Source: Candidatus Aminicenantes bacterium
Lineage (GTDB): Bacteria; Acidobacteriota; Aminicenantia; Aminicenantales; UBA4085
Direction: 5' to 3'
DNA length: 64,000 bases
Assembly (NCBI GenBank): GCA_963729855.1
Contig: CAVSPT010000004.1
Span: forward strand, 165,206 to 229,205
The notes beneath the pieces are model-generated. The model made no database searches, was not told where the DNA came from, and saw only the letters and a list, made by a program, of their open reading frames with translations. How positions within the stretch are numbered: the stretch's first letter is position 1; each line of letters starts with the position of its first letter. The translations under genes and the position numbers were made by a program. This document shows positions 36,410-45,155 of the stretch, in pieces.

Positions 36410-36859
36410 ATGCTGACGATCAAAACCATCCTCTGCCCGACGGACTTCAGCGAGCCTTCGCTCTTCGGCCTGAGTACGGCCGTCGAGCTGGCCGAGCTGT
36501 TCAAAGCCGGGCTCAAGCTCGTGTACGTCCTTCCCGTTCTCCCGACCTCTCCGACCGACCCGAACTTCGAGTTCGAAATCCCCGAATACGAAAACATCCT
36601 GCGCAGGGATTCCGAGAAGAAGCTGGACGAAATCCTCAAGACCAAGGTCCCGGCCGCGATCAAGGCCACGGCCGTCGTCGGCCACGGCAACGCGGCCAAG
36701 GAGATCGTCCGCATCGCCGAGGAAGACAAGGTCGATCTCATCGTCATCGCCACGCATGGTCACGCCGGCTGGCACCGCCTCGTCTTGGGCTCGGTGGCCG
36801 AGAAGGTCATCCGCCACGCCCCCTGCCCGGTCTATGCGGTGCGCGAACACCGGCTCTGA
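36410..36859 (+). CDS. Universal stress protein
   Basis: 'ILCPTDFS', 'DLIVIATHG' and 'GSVAEKVIRHAPCPV'. Confidence 0.93.
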   Translation: MLTIKTILCPTDFSEPSLFGLSTAVELAELFKAGLKLVYVLPVLPTSPTDPNFEFEIPEYENILRRDSEKKLDEILKTKVPAAIKATAVVGHGNAAKEIVRIAEEDKVDLIVIATHGHAGWHRLVLGSVAEKVIRHAPCPVYAVREHRL

Positions 36860-36893
36860 GGCCGACGGCGAACCGCGTGGGCCTTTTCCGCTC

Positions 36894-38099
36894 ATGAAAA
36901 AGAAACTGGCCGCCGTCCTCGTCGTCGGACTGGCCTTCGCCGCCTGCGGCCGAAAGGCCGTTCCCTCGGGCGACGCCTCCGATGTCGGCATGGACGGCGA
37001 CCGGCTGAACCGGGCCGCGGCCGTCGTCCGGGAGGCCGTCGAGCGGCGCGACGTTCCCGGCGCCGTCCTGCTCGTGCTGCGCAAGGGCAAGACTGTCCTG
37101 CGCGAGGCTTTCGGCGACAGCCAATGGGTTCCCGAACGGAAGCCCATGACGGCCGACATGATCTTCGATCTGGCCTCGCTGACCAAGCCCATCGCCACGG
37201 CGACCGCGATCATGATCCTGGCCGAGCAAGGCCGGCTCAGCCTTCATGAGAAGGTCAACACCTACATTCCCGACTTCATTCCCTATGCCGATGATAAGGG
37301 CAAGCCGGCTGAGGACGTCCGCCTCTGGCACCTTATGACCCACACGTCCGGCCTTCCGCCTTACACGGACGCGGCCGAGATCGAGAAGCTGTACGGAAAA
37401 CCCTGTCCGGTGGAGTCCCTGGTCGTCCATATCGGGCACCTTCCCAAGACCGGTCCGCCGGGGGCCCAATTCACCTACAGCTGCCTCAACTACATCACCC
37501 TAGCCGGCATCGTCAAGAAGATCACCCGTATGTCCATCGCCGAATTCGCCGCCCAGGCCATTTTCAAACCCCTGGGCATGGCCCGGACGTTCTACAATCC
37601 GCCGGCCGAGTTCCTCAAGCTCTGCGTCCCGACCCTGGTCGTCGACGGAAAACCCCTCCTCGGCGTCGTCCACGATCCCTTGGCCCGCGTCCAGGGCGGG
37701 ATCTCCGGCAACGCCGGGCTGTTCTCCACGGCCGACGATCTGGCCGTCTTTGCCGAGATGCTTCTGAACAAAGGGGAATACAACGGCGTGCGCATCCTCT
37801 CCCCCTTGACGGTCGAACGGATGACTTCGATCTACCCCAAGGTCCCGGCTTTCGGGCGCGGCCTTGGCTGGGACCTGGCTTCGCCGTACGCCAGCGTGGC
37901 CGGCGATCTCTTCGGCCCGGGGTCCTATGGGCACTCCGGGTATACCGGGACCTCGATCTGGATGGACCCGGAGACGCAGACGGCGGTCATTCTGCTGACC
38001 AACCGGATTCATCCCGACGATCCGAGCACGGGGCCCATCATCGCCTTGCGCAGCCGGGTGGCCAACGCGGTGGCGGCGGCGATCATCAGCAAGAAGTGA
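36894..38099 (+). CDS. Serine hydrolase, beta-lactamase/class C fold, probable lipoprotein
   Basis: Lipobox-like 'FAAC', 'ASLTK' (SxxK), 'THTSG', 'YSC', 'VHDP' and 'GHSGYTG'. Confidence 0.87.
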   Translation: MKKKLAAVLVVGLAFAACGRKAVPSGDASDVGMDGDRLNRAAAVVREAVERRDVPGAVLLVLRKGKTVLREAFGDSQWVPERKPMTADMIFDLASLTKPIATATAIMILAEQGRLSLHEKVNTYIPDFIPYADDKGKPAEDVRLWHLMTHTSGLPPYTDAAEIEKLYGKPCPVESLVVHIGHLPKTGPPGAQFTYSCLNYITLAGIVKKITRMSIAEFAAQAIFKPLGMARTFYNPPAEFLKLCVPTLVVDGKPLLGVVHDPLARVQGGISGNAGLFSTADDLAVFAEMLLNKGEYNGVRILSPLTVERMTSIYPKVPAFGRGLGWDLASPYASVAGDLFGPGSYGHSGYTGTSIWMDPETQTAVILLTNRIHPDDPSTGPIIALRSRVANAVAAAIISKK

Positions 38100-38111
38100 C
38101 GCCGGGCGGCG

Positions 38112-38858
38112 TCAGGCTTTTTTCCCGTATTTTCCCCGCCAGGCATAAAGCCTTATGGCCACAAGCTCCCGGAATGAGCTGATCATGGCCCCGACCGTCT
38201 TGACCTTGCTTTCCTCTTCATGGTGCCATTTGACCGGGATCTCGACAACCTCGTATTTGAGGCGACGGGCCAGGAAGAGAGTTTCCGAGTCGTAAGACCA
38301 GCGGTTGATGAGCTGGCGGCCGAAGATGTCCCGGCCGGCGTCCCCGCGAAAGGCCTTCAGGCCGCAGGTGATGTCGGTGAAGTCCAGGCCGAGGATCAGA
38401 TTGGTCAGCTTGGTGAATCCCCGTCCGAGAAAGCTGCGCAGGGCGCCCTGCGACTTCTCCGTCCGGGTCAGGAGGTGCTTTTTCGTGCCGATGGCCGCGG
38501 GAACGCCGTCGAGGGCCTCGATGAAGCGGCCGGTTTCGGAAAGGTCGATGGAAAAATCGGCGTCCATGATGATGATTTTCGCCCCCCGCGACGCCAGGAC
38601 GCCGACCTTGACCGCCCGGCCCTTGCCCCGGTTGGGGGTGTAACGGACGGCGCTGATGGCCAAGGCCGGGAATTTCCGCTCGGCCGCCTTGAGGATCTCG
38701 AATGTGGCGTCGGTGGAGCCGTCATCGACGAAGACGATCTCGAACGGGTACCGGAGCATGGCGCTCAAGGCGGAGATGGACTCCGACAGCCTGGGCTCGA
38801 GGCGGTTCTCCTCGTCGTAGCAGGGAATGATGATGCTGAGCGCGGGCTGGGCGCTCAC
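38112..38858 (-). CDS. GT2 polyprenyl-phosphate glycosyltransferase (dolichyl-phosphate glucosyltransferase-like)
   Basis: 'IIPCYDE', 'DDGSTD', 'NRGKG', 'MDADFS' and 'DITCGLK'. Confidence 0.88.
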   Translation of the reverse strand: MSAQPALSIIIPCYDEENRLEPRLSESISALSAMLRYPFEIVFVDDGSTDATFEILKAAERKFPALAISAVRYTPNRGKGRAVKVGVLASRGAKIIIMDADFSIDLSETGRFIEALDGVPAAIGTKKHLLTRTEKSQGALRSFLGRGFTKLTNLILGLDFTDITCGLKAFRGDAGRDIFGRQLINRWSYDSETLFLARRLKYEVVEIPVKWHHEEESKVKTVGAMISSFRELVAIRLYAWRGKYGKKA

Positions 38859-39832
38859 CGGGCGGCCCGTCCTTTCTGGAAGGCGATGACGGCGTCCAGG
38901 ATCTGGTCGAAGGTCATCGTCGGCCGGAAGCCGATCGTCCGGCGCAGCTTGGCCGTGTCGGGGACGCGGAAGCGGATGTCCTCGAAGTCCTTGCCGTAGG
39001 CCTGTTCATAGGGGATATGGACGATAGGCGACGCCGATCCCGTCTTGGCCTTGATCCGCTCGGCCAGCTGTCGGATGGTGACCGCTTCCTCGCCGCCGAC
39101 GTTGAAGATCTCGCCGTTGGCCCGGGGCTCGTCCATCAGGCCGGTCAGGGCGGCGATCGCGTCCTTGACCCAGGTGAAGCTGCGGACCTGCTCCCCGTCG
39201 CCGTAGACGGTGATGGGCTGGCCGTTCAGGGCCTGGATGACCAGCCGGGGGATGACCATGCCGTACTCGGCGCTTTGGCGCGGACCGACGGTGTTGAAAA
39301 GGCGGACGATGACGGTCGGCAGGCCCATCTTTTTCTGGTAGGAACGGGCCAGATACTCGTCCAGGGCCTTTGTGCAGGCATAGGCCCAGCGAAGCGACGT
39401 GCCCAGGGAGAGGTCCTGGTCCTCGCGGAACTTGCGGATCTTAGGATCGATGTCCTTGCCATAAACTTCGGACGTGGAGATGATCAGGGTCTTCTTGACG
39501 TATTTCAGGGCCGCGTCCAGGACGTTTTCCGTGCCTTTGACGTTGACGAGGATGGTCCGGATGGGGTTCTCGAAAACGAGCTTGACGCCGACGGCGGCGG
39601 CCAGATGGTAGATCTCGTCGCAGCCCTGGACGAGCTCGTCGACCTTGTTCTCCTCGAGGATCGAGCCGAGGACGAACCGGAACCGTGGATGGCCCTTGAG
39701 GGGGAGGATGTTTTCGAGACTGCCGGTGGACAGATCGTCCAGGCAGACGATCTCGTGGTCCTGCTCGAGCAGGGCTTCGGCGAGATGGGAGCCGATGAAT
39801 CCCGCTCCGCCGGTGATCAAAATTTTGCGCAT
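38855..39832 (-). CDS. NAD-dependent nucleotide-sugar epimerase/dehydratase, UDP-glucuronate decarboxylase/ArnA-C-like
   Basis: 'TGGAGFIG', 'STSEVYG', 'RWAYACTK' (YxxxK) and 'RLFNTVGPRQ'. Confidence 0.85.
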   Translation of the reverse strand: MRKILITGGAGFIGSHLAEALLEQDHEIVCLDDLSTGSLENILPLKGHPRFRFVLGSILEENKVDELVQGCDEIYHLAAAVGVKLVFENPIRTILVNVKGTENVLDAALKYVKKTLIISTSEVYGKDIDPKIRKFREDQDLSLGTSLRWAYACTKALDEYLARSYQKKMGLPTVIVRLFNTVGPRQSAEYGMVIPRLVIQALNGQPITVYGDGEQVRSFTWVKDAIAALTGLMDEPRANGEIFNVGGEEAVTIRQLAERIKAKTGSASPIVHIPYEQAYGKDFEDIRFRVPDTAKLRRTIGFRPTMTFDQILDAVIAFQKGRAAR

Positions 39833-39873
39833 CGTGAATCTCCTCGCCCGCGGGCCGCGCCGACGGGCTCTTT

Positions 39874-39902
39874 ATCATAATGAAAACAGGGGCTTTTCTC
39901 AA
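39874..39902 (-). promoter_or_regulatory. Sigma70-type promoter for the epimerase/GT2 pair
   Basis: TTGAGA-N17-TATGAT on the minus strand. Confidence 0.5.
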
Positions 39903-39966
39903 GCCCGGTGGGAAGTTGGTTGAAGATGCTCTCCCCTCGAACAGGGGACGGCCGAACGTCCGCCGC

Positions 39967-40458
39967 TCAGGCCGAGTCGATGATCAGGATTTCGGCCTTG
40001 GACATGCGCCGGGAGCGCCTCTCGTTGCCGATGAGGTTGAGCAATTCCGTTAGAATCGCACACTCGCGCTCTTTTTTCTTCAGGTCCGGATCATTGAGCA
40101 GGTCGCGAAGAGAGACTTCCAGCGCCTCGATAGGCGTACCGGAAGGGATGGCGAGAAGGTAGCGGGCCCGGCTGATCTCGATCATATTGATCCAGGGGAT
40201 CTCTTTCAGGGCTTGGTTGGGTCCGACCACGATCAAAGACTGGCCTGGGGCCATTTCCACGAGCTCGACGGGCTTGAAAGCCCCTTCGCGCGCGCCGGCA
40301 ACAGCCTCGGTGACTTTGACGACGGCCCGCGTGCGGTCCGGATCAATCTGGGCCAGCTGATCCAATATGCGTTCGGGCAGGGTCATGGTCACCGGATGGC
40401 GCGGCTCCAGGAATTTCGGAGGCCGCCCACCGCTCTTGGCGTTGGCTTTCATACCCAT
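39967..40458 (-). CDS. Hypothetical protein, possible ribbon-helix-helix DNA-binding protein
   Basis: 'GGRPPKF' followed by an alternating strand 'VTMTLP' and two helices. Function is inferred. Confidence 0.6.
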   Translation of the reverse strand: MGMKANAKSGGRPPKFLEPRHPVTMTLPERILDQLAQIDPDRTRAVVKVTEAVAGAREGAFKPVELVEMAPGQSLIVVGPNQALKEIPWINMIEISRARYLLAIPSGTPIEALEVSLRDLLNDPDLKKKERECAILTELLNLIGNERRSRRMSKAEILIIDSA

Positions 40459-40624
40459 ACATACATCATAATAAATTGAGGCTCATGTTTCAACATTAAA
40501 ATCAAATGATCCCGCAACGCGTCTTTAACGCGTTCCGATCGACGCGTCCGTTTGTTTTTCGCTGTACGGACCCACGAAACCGGCCATTGGAAAAATACTT
40601 TTTGGAGGATGGATCAAAAGTCGC

Positions 40625-40652
40625 TTGAATTTCCAAATTGGTATGTTACAAT
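40625..40652 (+). promoter_or_regulatory. Sigma70-type promoter with extended -10 in an AT-rich intergenic region
   Basis: TTGAAT-N16-TACAAT, with TG immediately upstream of the -10. Confidence 0.55.
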
Positions 40653-40759
40653 ACGCTTTATTGTTAACTATTAATGTTGATAGTCATGGAACGAGAAACG
40701 GATTGTATGGGAATGAAACCCCGAACCGTTGGCAACGGATTTTAGAAATGGAGGTCGAT

Positions 40760-41938
40760 TTGAAAAAAAACATGCTGGTTTTCGGTTTGATCGTCGCGGC
40801 CGCGCTTTGGGCGGTCCCCGCTCTCTCGGCCCAGAACGCCGGAACGCTCCGTGACGTGACGTTCTCCCAGGCCGACGGCAAAACCATATTCCTCATCAAG
40901 GTCGACGGCGAGTTCACCTACGAGTCGTCCTTGCTGACGATGCCCCGCCGTCTGGTCATCGACCTGACGCCGGTGGAAAAGATCGACGCCCCGCCGTTTC
41001 TGCAGGTGAATGCCTCGGGCGTCCTTTCCGTCCGGACCGGACAGTATAAACCTCAGACGGTCCGGATCGTCTTCGATCTGAACGACCAGAACGCCACCCA
41101 GAGCATGAGCGCGTCGGAAGGCGGGCTGATCGTTTCCTTCAAGCTGGAAGGCGATAAACCGGCCGTGGTGGAACCGGATCGGACGGCCCCGGTGCGCGAG
41201 ACTCCGCGCCAAGAGGTCCGGGCGACCGCGAGCGAACCGGCTGTCGTAAGCGACGAACGCCTGGGCTTCTTCATCCGGGCGGGGGTCGGCATGGATCTTT
41301 TTCTTAAGCCCAACCTGGCGGCCCGCAGCGAGTTCCCCCTCTACGGCGAAACGGGCGCCGTGGACGAAGCTTATACCTACAAGAGCGGCCTGGCTATCGA
41401 AGGCAGCTTCGGCCGTTATTTCCGCCTCTTCGGCTTCCGCCTGAAGGCCGGCGTTGGCTTCACCTATTGGAATCTCCCCCTCGAGGGAGCGTTCACCTTG
41501 ACCCTGCCCAATCCGTTCCTGGCCGATACGCCACGGACGGTCAGCTTCACAGAAGCGAGCGCCCTGAAAAAGAGCGAGGTGAGCTTCTACGCCTTCGCCC
41601 TGTTCCCCCTGCTGGACACAGAAAAATTCTCCATATTCCTCGGTCCGTTCCTGGGCTATTCGTCGGGCAAAATCCTGACGCTCAGTGACTGGGATATCAC
41701 CGAAAAAGCGCCCTTCACCAGCGCCGATGTGACGGTTTCCAACCCGTCTTATTTCGAAGACACGATTTCGGAGCTCCTCTTCGGCGCCGAGCTGAGCCTG
41801 GAGCTGAACCTGGGCCGGTCTCTGGCCGTGGTCCTGGACACGAAGGTGAATTACCTAAATCCGATCGTAACGAACCTGGGGAAGCGGGTCAATCTGCTCA
41901 ACGTCCAGCCGACGCTGGGCATCCAGTTCTCCTTCTGA
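40760..41938 (+). CDS. AMIN-domain protein with a C-terminal outer-membrane beta-barrel
   Basis: GGAGG RBS before the TTG at 40760, signal peptide, AMIN motifs 'PRRLVIDL' and 'VRIVFDL', amphipathic strands ending 'LGIQFSF'. Confidence 0.75.
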   Translation: MKKNMLVFGLIVAAALWAVPALSAQNAGTLRDVTFSQADGKTIFLIKVDGEFTYESSLLTMPRRLVIDLTPVEKIDAPPFLQVNASGVLSVRTGQYKPQTVRIVFDLNDQNATQSMSASEGGLIVSFKLEGDKPAVVEPDRTAPVRETPRQEVRATASEPAVVSDERLGFFIRAGVGMDLFLKPNLAARSEFPLYGETGAVDEAYTYKSGLAIEGSFGRYFRLFGFRLKAGVGFTYWNLPLEGAFTLTLPNPFLADTPRTVSFTEASALKKSEVSFYAFALFPLLDTEKFSIFLGPFLGYSSGKILTLSDWDITEKAPFTSADVTVSNPSYFEDTISELLFGAELSLELNLGRSLAVVLDTKVNYLNPIVTNLGKRVNLLNVQPTLGIQFSF

Positions 41939-41987
41939 CGGGAAAGACGGAAAAGAGACACGAGAGGCACTCCAAAAGGAGACTTTG

Positions 41988-43436
41988 ATGAAACATCAAG
42001 CCGGATCGATTCTCTTGCGGTTCGTCCTGGCCGCCGGTCTTCTGGCCGGAGCCGCCCAGTTTCCTTTCGCCCAGGACTCCCTGAACTACCAGACGAAGGT
42101 GGCCTCGGGCAACGGGCAAGTCCGCTGGAGCAATTGCCAATTCGCCCCGGACGGGACCCTTTATGTCGTGTTTGGGGACGGCGGATTCACCCCCTGGGCC
42201 GCGGTTTCGCCGGACAATCCCATCTGGATGGTCAGTTATGACGGAACATCGGCTTCAACGCCGTTCAACGTCACGGACACGGCCACGGTCGACGCCTACC
42301 AGCCGAATATCGCCATCAACAAATCGGGGATCATGGCCGTCGTCTGGGGCCAGCAGCAATCCGACTCGATCTACCTGCGGATGTACGACACGGTGGCCAA
42401 GACGTGGGGAGACATCGAGACCGTGGCCACGGGCTACGGCAATTACGAGCCGGTTGTGGCGGTCGACAGCCAGGGCAATGTCTTCATGGCTTGGTTCACG
42501 GCCCTGTCGGGCGGGGTCTATACGCGGGCCAAGGTCAATGGGGTCTGGGAAGACATCTACCGCCAGCCGGAGGTCGGCCTGACCAAGCAGCAACAAATGG
42601 CCATCGGCGCGGACGATGTCGTCCACCTGGTTTGGATCGACAAGAACTACGGGACCTTCACCGGCAAATATTCCAAGCGCAGCCGGTCCTTCGCCTGGAT
42701 CGCGCCGGAGGAGTGGGTCATTAAGGTCGAACCGACCCACCCTTCGATCACGATCACGCCCGACAACGTGCCCTGGGTGGCCAGCCAGGAGGCCGTGGAT
42801 CCGCTGGAGCACTTTTCCGAGATCTGGATCATGAATTTAAACGCGCCGTCGCAGCGCACCAAAATCGGCCAGGACATCAGCCAGCATTACCCCCGCATCC
42901 AGGCCGACAGCAACGGCTATCTGCACGTGGCCATCCAGGACGGCGGCAACGACATCGGCATCGGCGTCCTTTACGGCAACAACATCGACGGAAACTTCGA
43001 TAATCTCCAGTATCTGCCGGGGACGTATGCGATGCAGGAAGGCATTCATTCCGACGGGCAGGGGAACACGGCCGTCTGCTGGACCAGCCTCACGTCCGGG
43101 ACCACTTCGGATATCTATGTCGCTTCGCTCCTGCCCATCAGCCCGACCGAGCCGCCGGTCGATCTCGGAATGACGATCTCCACCAGCGGGGTTCTGAAGG
43201 GCACGACGACGACCTACAATCTGAGCTGGGCCAAGAACCCCCTCAACAAGGACGAGAACCTGTCCGGCTACAAGATCTACGGCCAGGATTCGAGCGGGAT
43301 CTGGGTGCCCTATGTCAGCGTGCCCGTGACCTCGCTGTCGACCTCGGTCCAGATCAGCAATCGCTTTCATAAGGTGGAATTCGCCATTGTGGCCGTGGCC
43401 AAAAGCGGATTCGAGAGCGCAAAAGCCCTGTTCTGA
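41988..43436 (+). CDS. Secreted beta-propeller protein with a C-terminal Fn3-like domain
   Basis: AGGAG RBS, signal peptide, repeated 'P-x-I-A-x-D-x-x-G-x-x-H/F-x-x-W' blades, 'LSW...GYKIY...AVAKSGFES'. Confidence 0.7.
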   Translation: MKHQAGSILLRFVLAAGLLAGAAQFPFAQDSLNYQTKVASGNGQVRWSNCQFAPDGTLYVVFGDGGFTPWAAVSPDNPIWMVSYDGTSASTPFNVTDTATVDAYQPNIAINKSGIMAVVWGQQQSDSIYLRMYDTVAKTWGDIETVATGYGNYEPVVAVDSQGNVFMAWFTALSGGVYTRAKVNGVWEDIYRQPEVGLTKQQQMAIGADDVVHLVWIDKNYGTFTGKYSKRSRSFAWIAPEEWVIKVEPTHPSITITPDNVPWVASQEAVDPLEHFSEIWIMNLNAPSQRTKIGQDISQHYPRIQADSNGYLHVAIQDGGNDIGIGVLYGNNIDGNFDNLQYLPGTYAMQEGIHSDGQGNTAVCWTSLTSGTTSDIYVASLLPISPTEPPVDLGMTISTSGVLKGTTTTYNLSWAKNPLNKDENLSGYKIYGQDSSGIWVPYVSVPVTSLSTSVQISNRFHKVEFAIVAVAKSGFESAKALF

Positions 43437-43506
43437 CGGATTTCCGGACGGCTTGGCCGGGCGGTCAGTCGGGAATCGTCCCGGCCGATAGGGTGGAGGA
43501 GGGTGG

Positions 43507-45102
43507 ATGAAGAGCCTCCGGGCGGCGGTCTTTCTCTGGATCGTTCTGGGCGCCGTTCTTCTTCCGCTGTTTCTGCCCTTGATCAATGCCGACGGCACAT
43601 CCTACATCTCCATTGCCGAGAAATATGCGCGCGGGGACTTCCGCGGCGCCGTCAACGGCTACTGGGGGCCGCTCCTCTCCTGGCTGACCGCCCTCCTCAT
43701 CGCCGTCGGGGTAGGTCCCTTCGCCGCGGCGCGGATCATCGTTCTGGCCGCCGGCCTGCCGCTCCTCTGGGCCGTCAGGCGCATTTCCGGCGTCCTCGGA
43801 ATCGAGGAGCCGCTCTCCTCAGTGCTGCTCTTCGCCGGCGTTCCTGTCGGCCTTTACATGGCCTTCACGATGATCACTCCCGATTTCGTGGTCGCGGCCC
43901 TGCTCTTGGCCTACCTGGCCGTTTTCCTGGATGAGGGGTTCCCCCGACGCCCGATGAGCGCGGCGGCCTGCGGCGCGCTGGGCGCCCTGGCCTTTCTGGC
44001 CAAGCCCTTCGCCTTCTTTTTTTTCCTGGCCCATTTCTGCGCCGGAACGGCGGTCCGGTTTCTTTCGCGTCGATCATCCGCTGAACGCCGGCGCCTCCTG
44101 TCCGCGGCGCTTCTCGGTTTGATTGTTTTCGCCCTCCTGGCGGGCGCCTGGATCGGAGTGATCTCCATCAAATACGGCCATTTATTCATCAACGCGGCGG
44201 GCCGCTATAACATGGCTTATCTGCGGCCGGGTTCGCCCGGGCAGCCGATCCAGACCGGCGGGTTCCTCCCCCCCCCGAACTCGACGGCGACCAGCGCCTG
44301 GGAGGATCCCGAGCTCCTGCCCTTGCCGGAGTGGAGTCCGGTCCGGACCGTCGAAGATCGCTCCCATTACGGGCGGCTTCTTCGCCGGAATATCGGACAA
44401 TTCATCCGGAGCCTGCAGGATTTTTCCCGGCTCGGATCGGTGATTTTCCTGGCCGGCCTGGTCTTGGCGGGCATTGCGGCCGTCCGCCGCTTTGCGTCCC
44501 GAAGGTTGAACGTCCTGTCCGGCCTGACCGCGACGCTGCTGCTCTATTCGTGCGGATATGTTCTTCTGCTTGTCGAGGACCGTTACCTCTGGCTGGATGC
44601 CTTTCTCCTGATGATCCTGGCCGCGGGACTGCTCTCCATCGCCCTCAGTCGGGGCCGGAGCCGGGACCGGCATTGGATAAGCGCGGCGGCCGGCATCCCG
44701 GTCCTGGCGACGTTCCTGGTCCTTCCGATCGGCTTTTTTCCGAAATACCGCATATTGTCCGCTTCGGATACCCGGATCCCGGCCCTGGAAACGCGCCGCC
44801 TGGCCTTCCAATTGAAGGCGGATTACGGTTTGCGCGGTCGGATGGCGTCGAGCGGACGCTGGAATGAATCGCTGTTCATCGCCTCATTCGATCGGCTTCA
44901 GTATTTCGGTCAGATGCGGCCGGGGTGGGGAGCGGCGGAGCTCAAAGAAGCCCTGAAGAAGAACGGCATCCGCTATTTTTTTCTTTGGCGGGAAAATGAT
45001 CCCAAATTTGATTTTTTGACGTCTTATATCGAGCTGACCAAGGGCGCCGTCCCCGATTTGAAGATCTTCCTGATGAAGAAACGGCCCGACGCCGGTCCCT
45101 AG
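43507..45102 (+). CDS. Polytopic membrane protein, GT-C fold (ArnT/PMT-like) glycosyltransferase candidate
   Basis: First loop 'NADGTSY...YWGPL', 'TPD', 'LAFLAK' and 'DRYL'; more than 10 TM segments. Confidence 0.65.
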   Translation: MKSLRAAVFLWIVLGAVLLPLFLPLINADGTSYISIAEKYARGDFRGAVNGYWGPLLSWLTALLIAVGVGPFAAARIIVLAAGLPLLWAVRRISGVLGIEEPLSSVLLFAGVPVGLYMAFTMITPDFVVAALLLAYLAVFLDEGFPRRPMSAAACGALGALAFLAKPFAFFFFLAHFCAGTAVRFLSRRSSAERRRLLSAALLGLIVFALLAGAWIGVISIKYGHLFINAAGRYNMAYLRPGSPGQPIQTGGFLPPPNSTATSAWEDPELLPLPEWSPVRTVEDRSHYGRLLRRNIGQFIRSLQDFSRLGSVIFLAGLVLAGIAAVRRFASRRLNVLSGLTATLLLYSCGYVLLLVEDRYLWLDAFLLMILAAGLLSIALSRGRSRDRHWISAAAGIPVLATFLVLPIGFFPKYRILSASDTRIPALETRRLAFQLKADYGLRGRMASSGRWNESLFIASFDRLQYFGQMRPGWGAAELKEALKKNGIRYFFLWRENDPKFDFLTSYIELTKGAVPDLKIFLMKKRPDAGP

Positions 45103-45155
45103 GGATCCGGCCCTGAAGAGGGAGGCCGTCCCAAGCTCCAGGAAAGGAAGAACGC

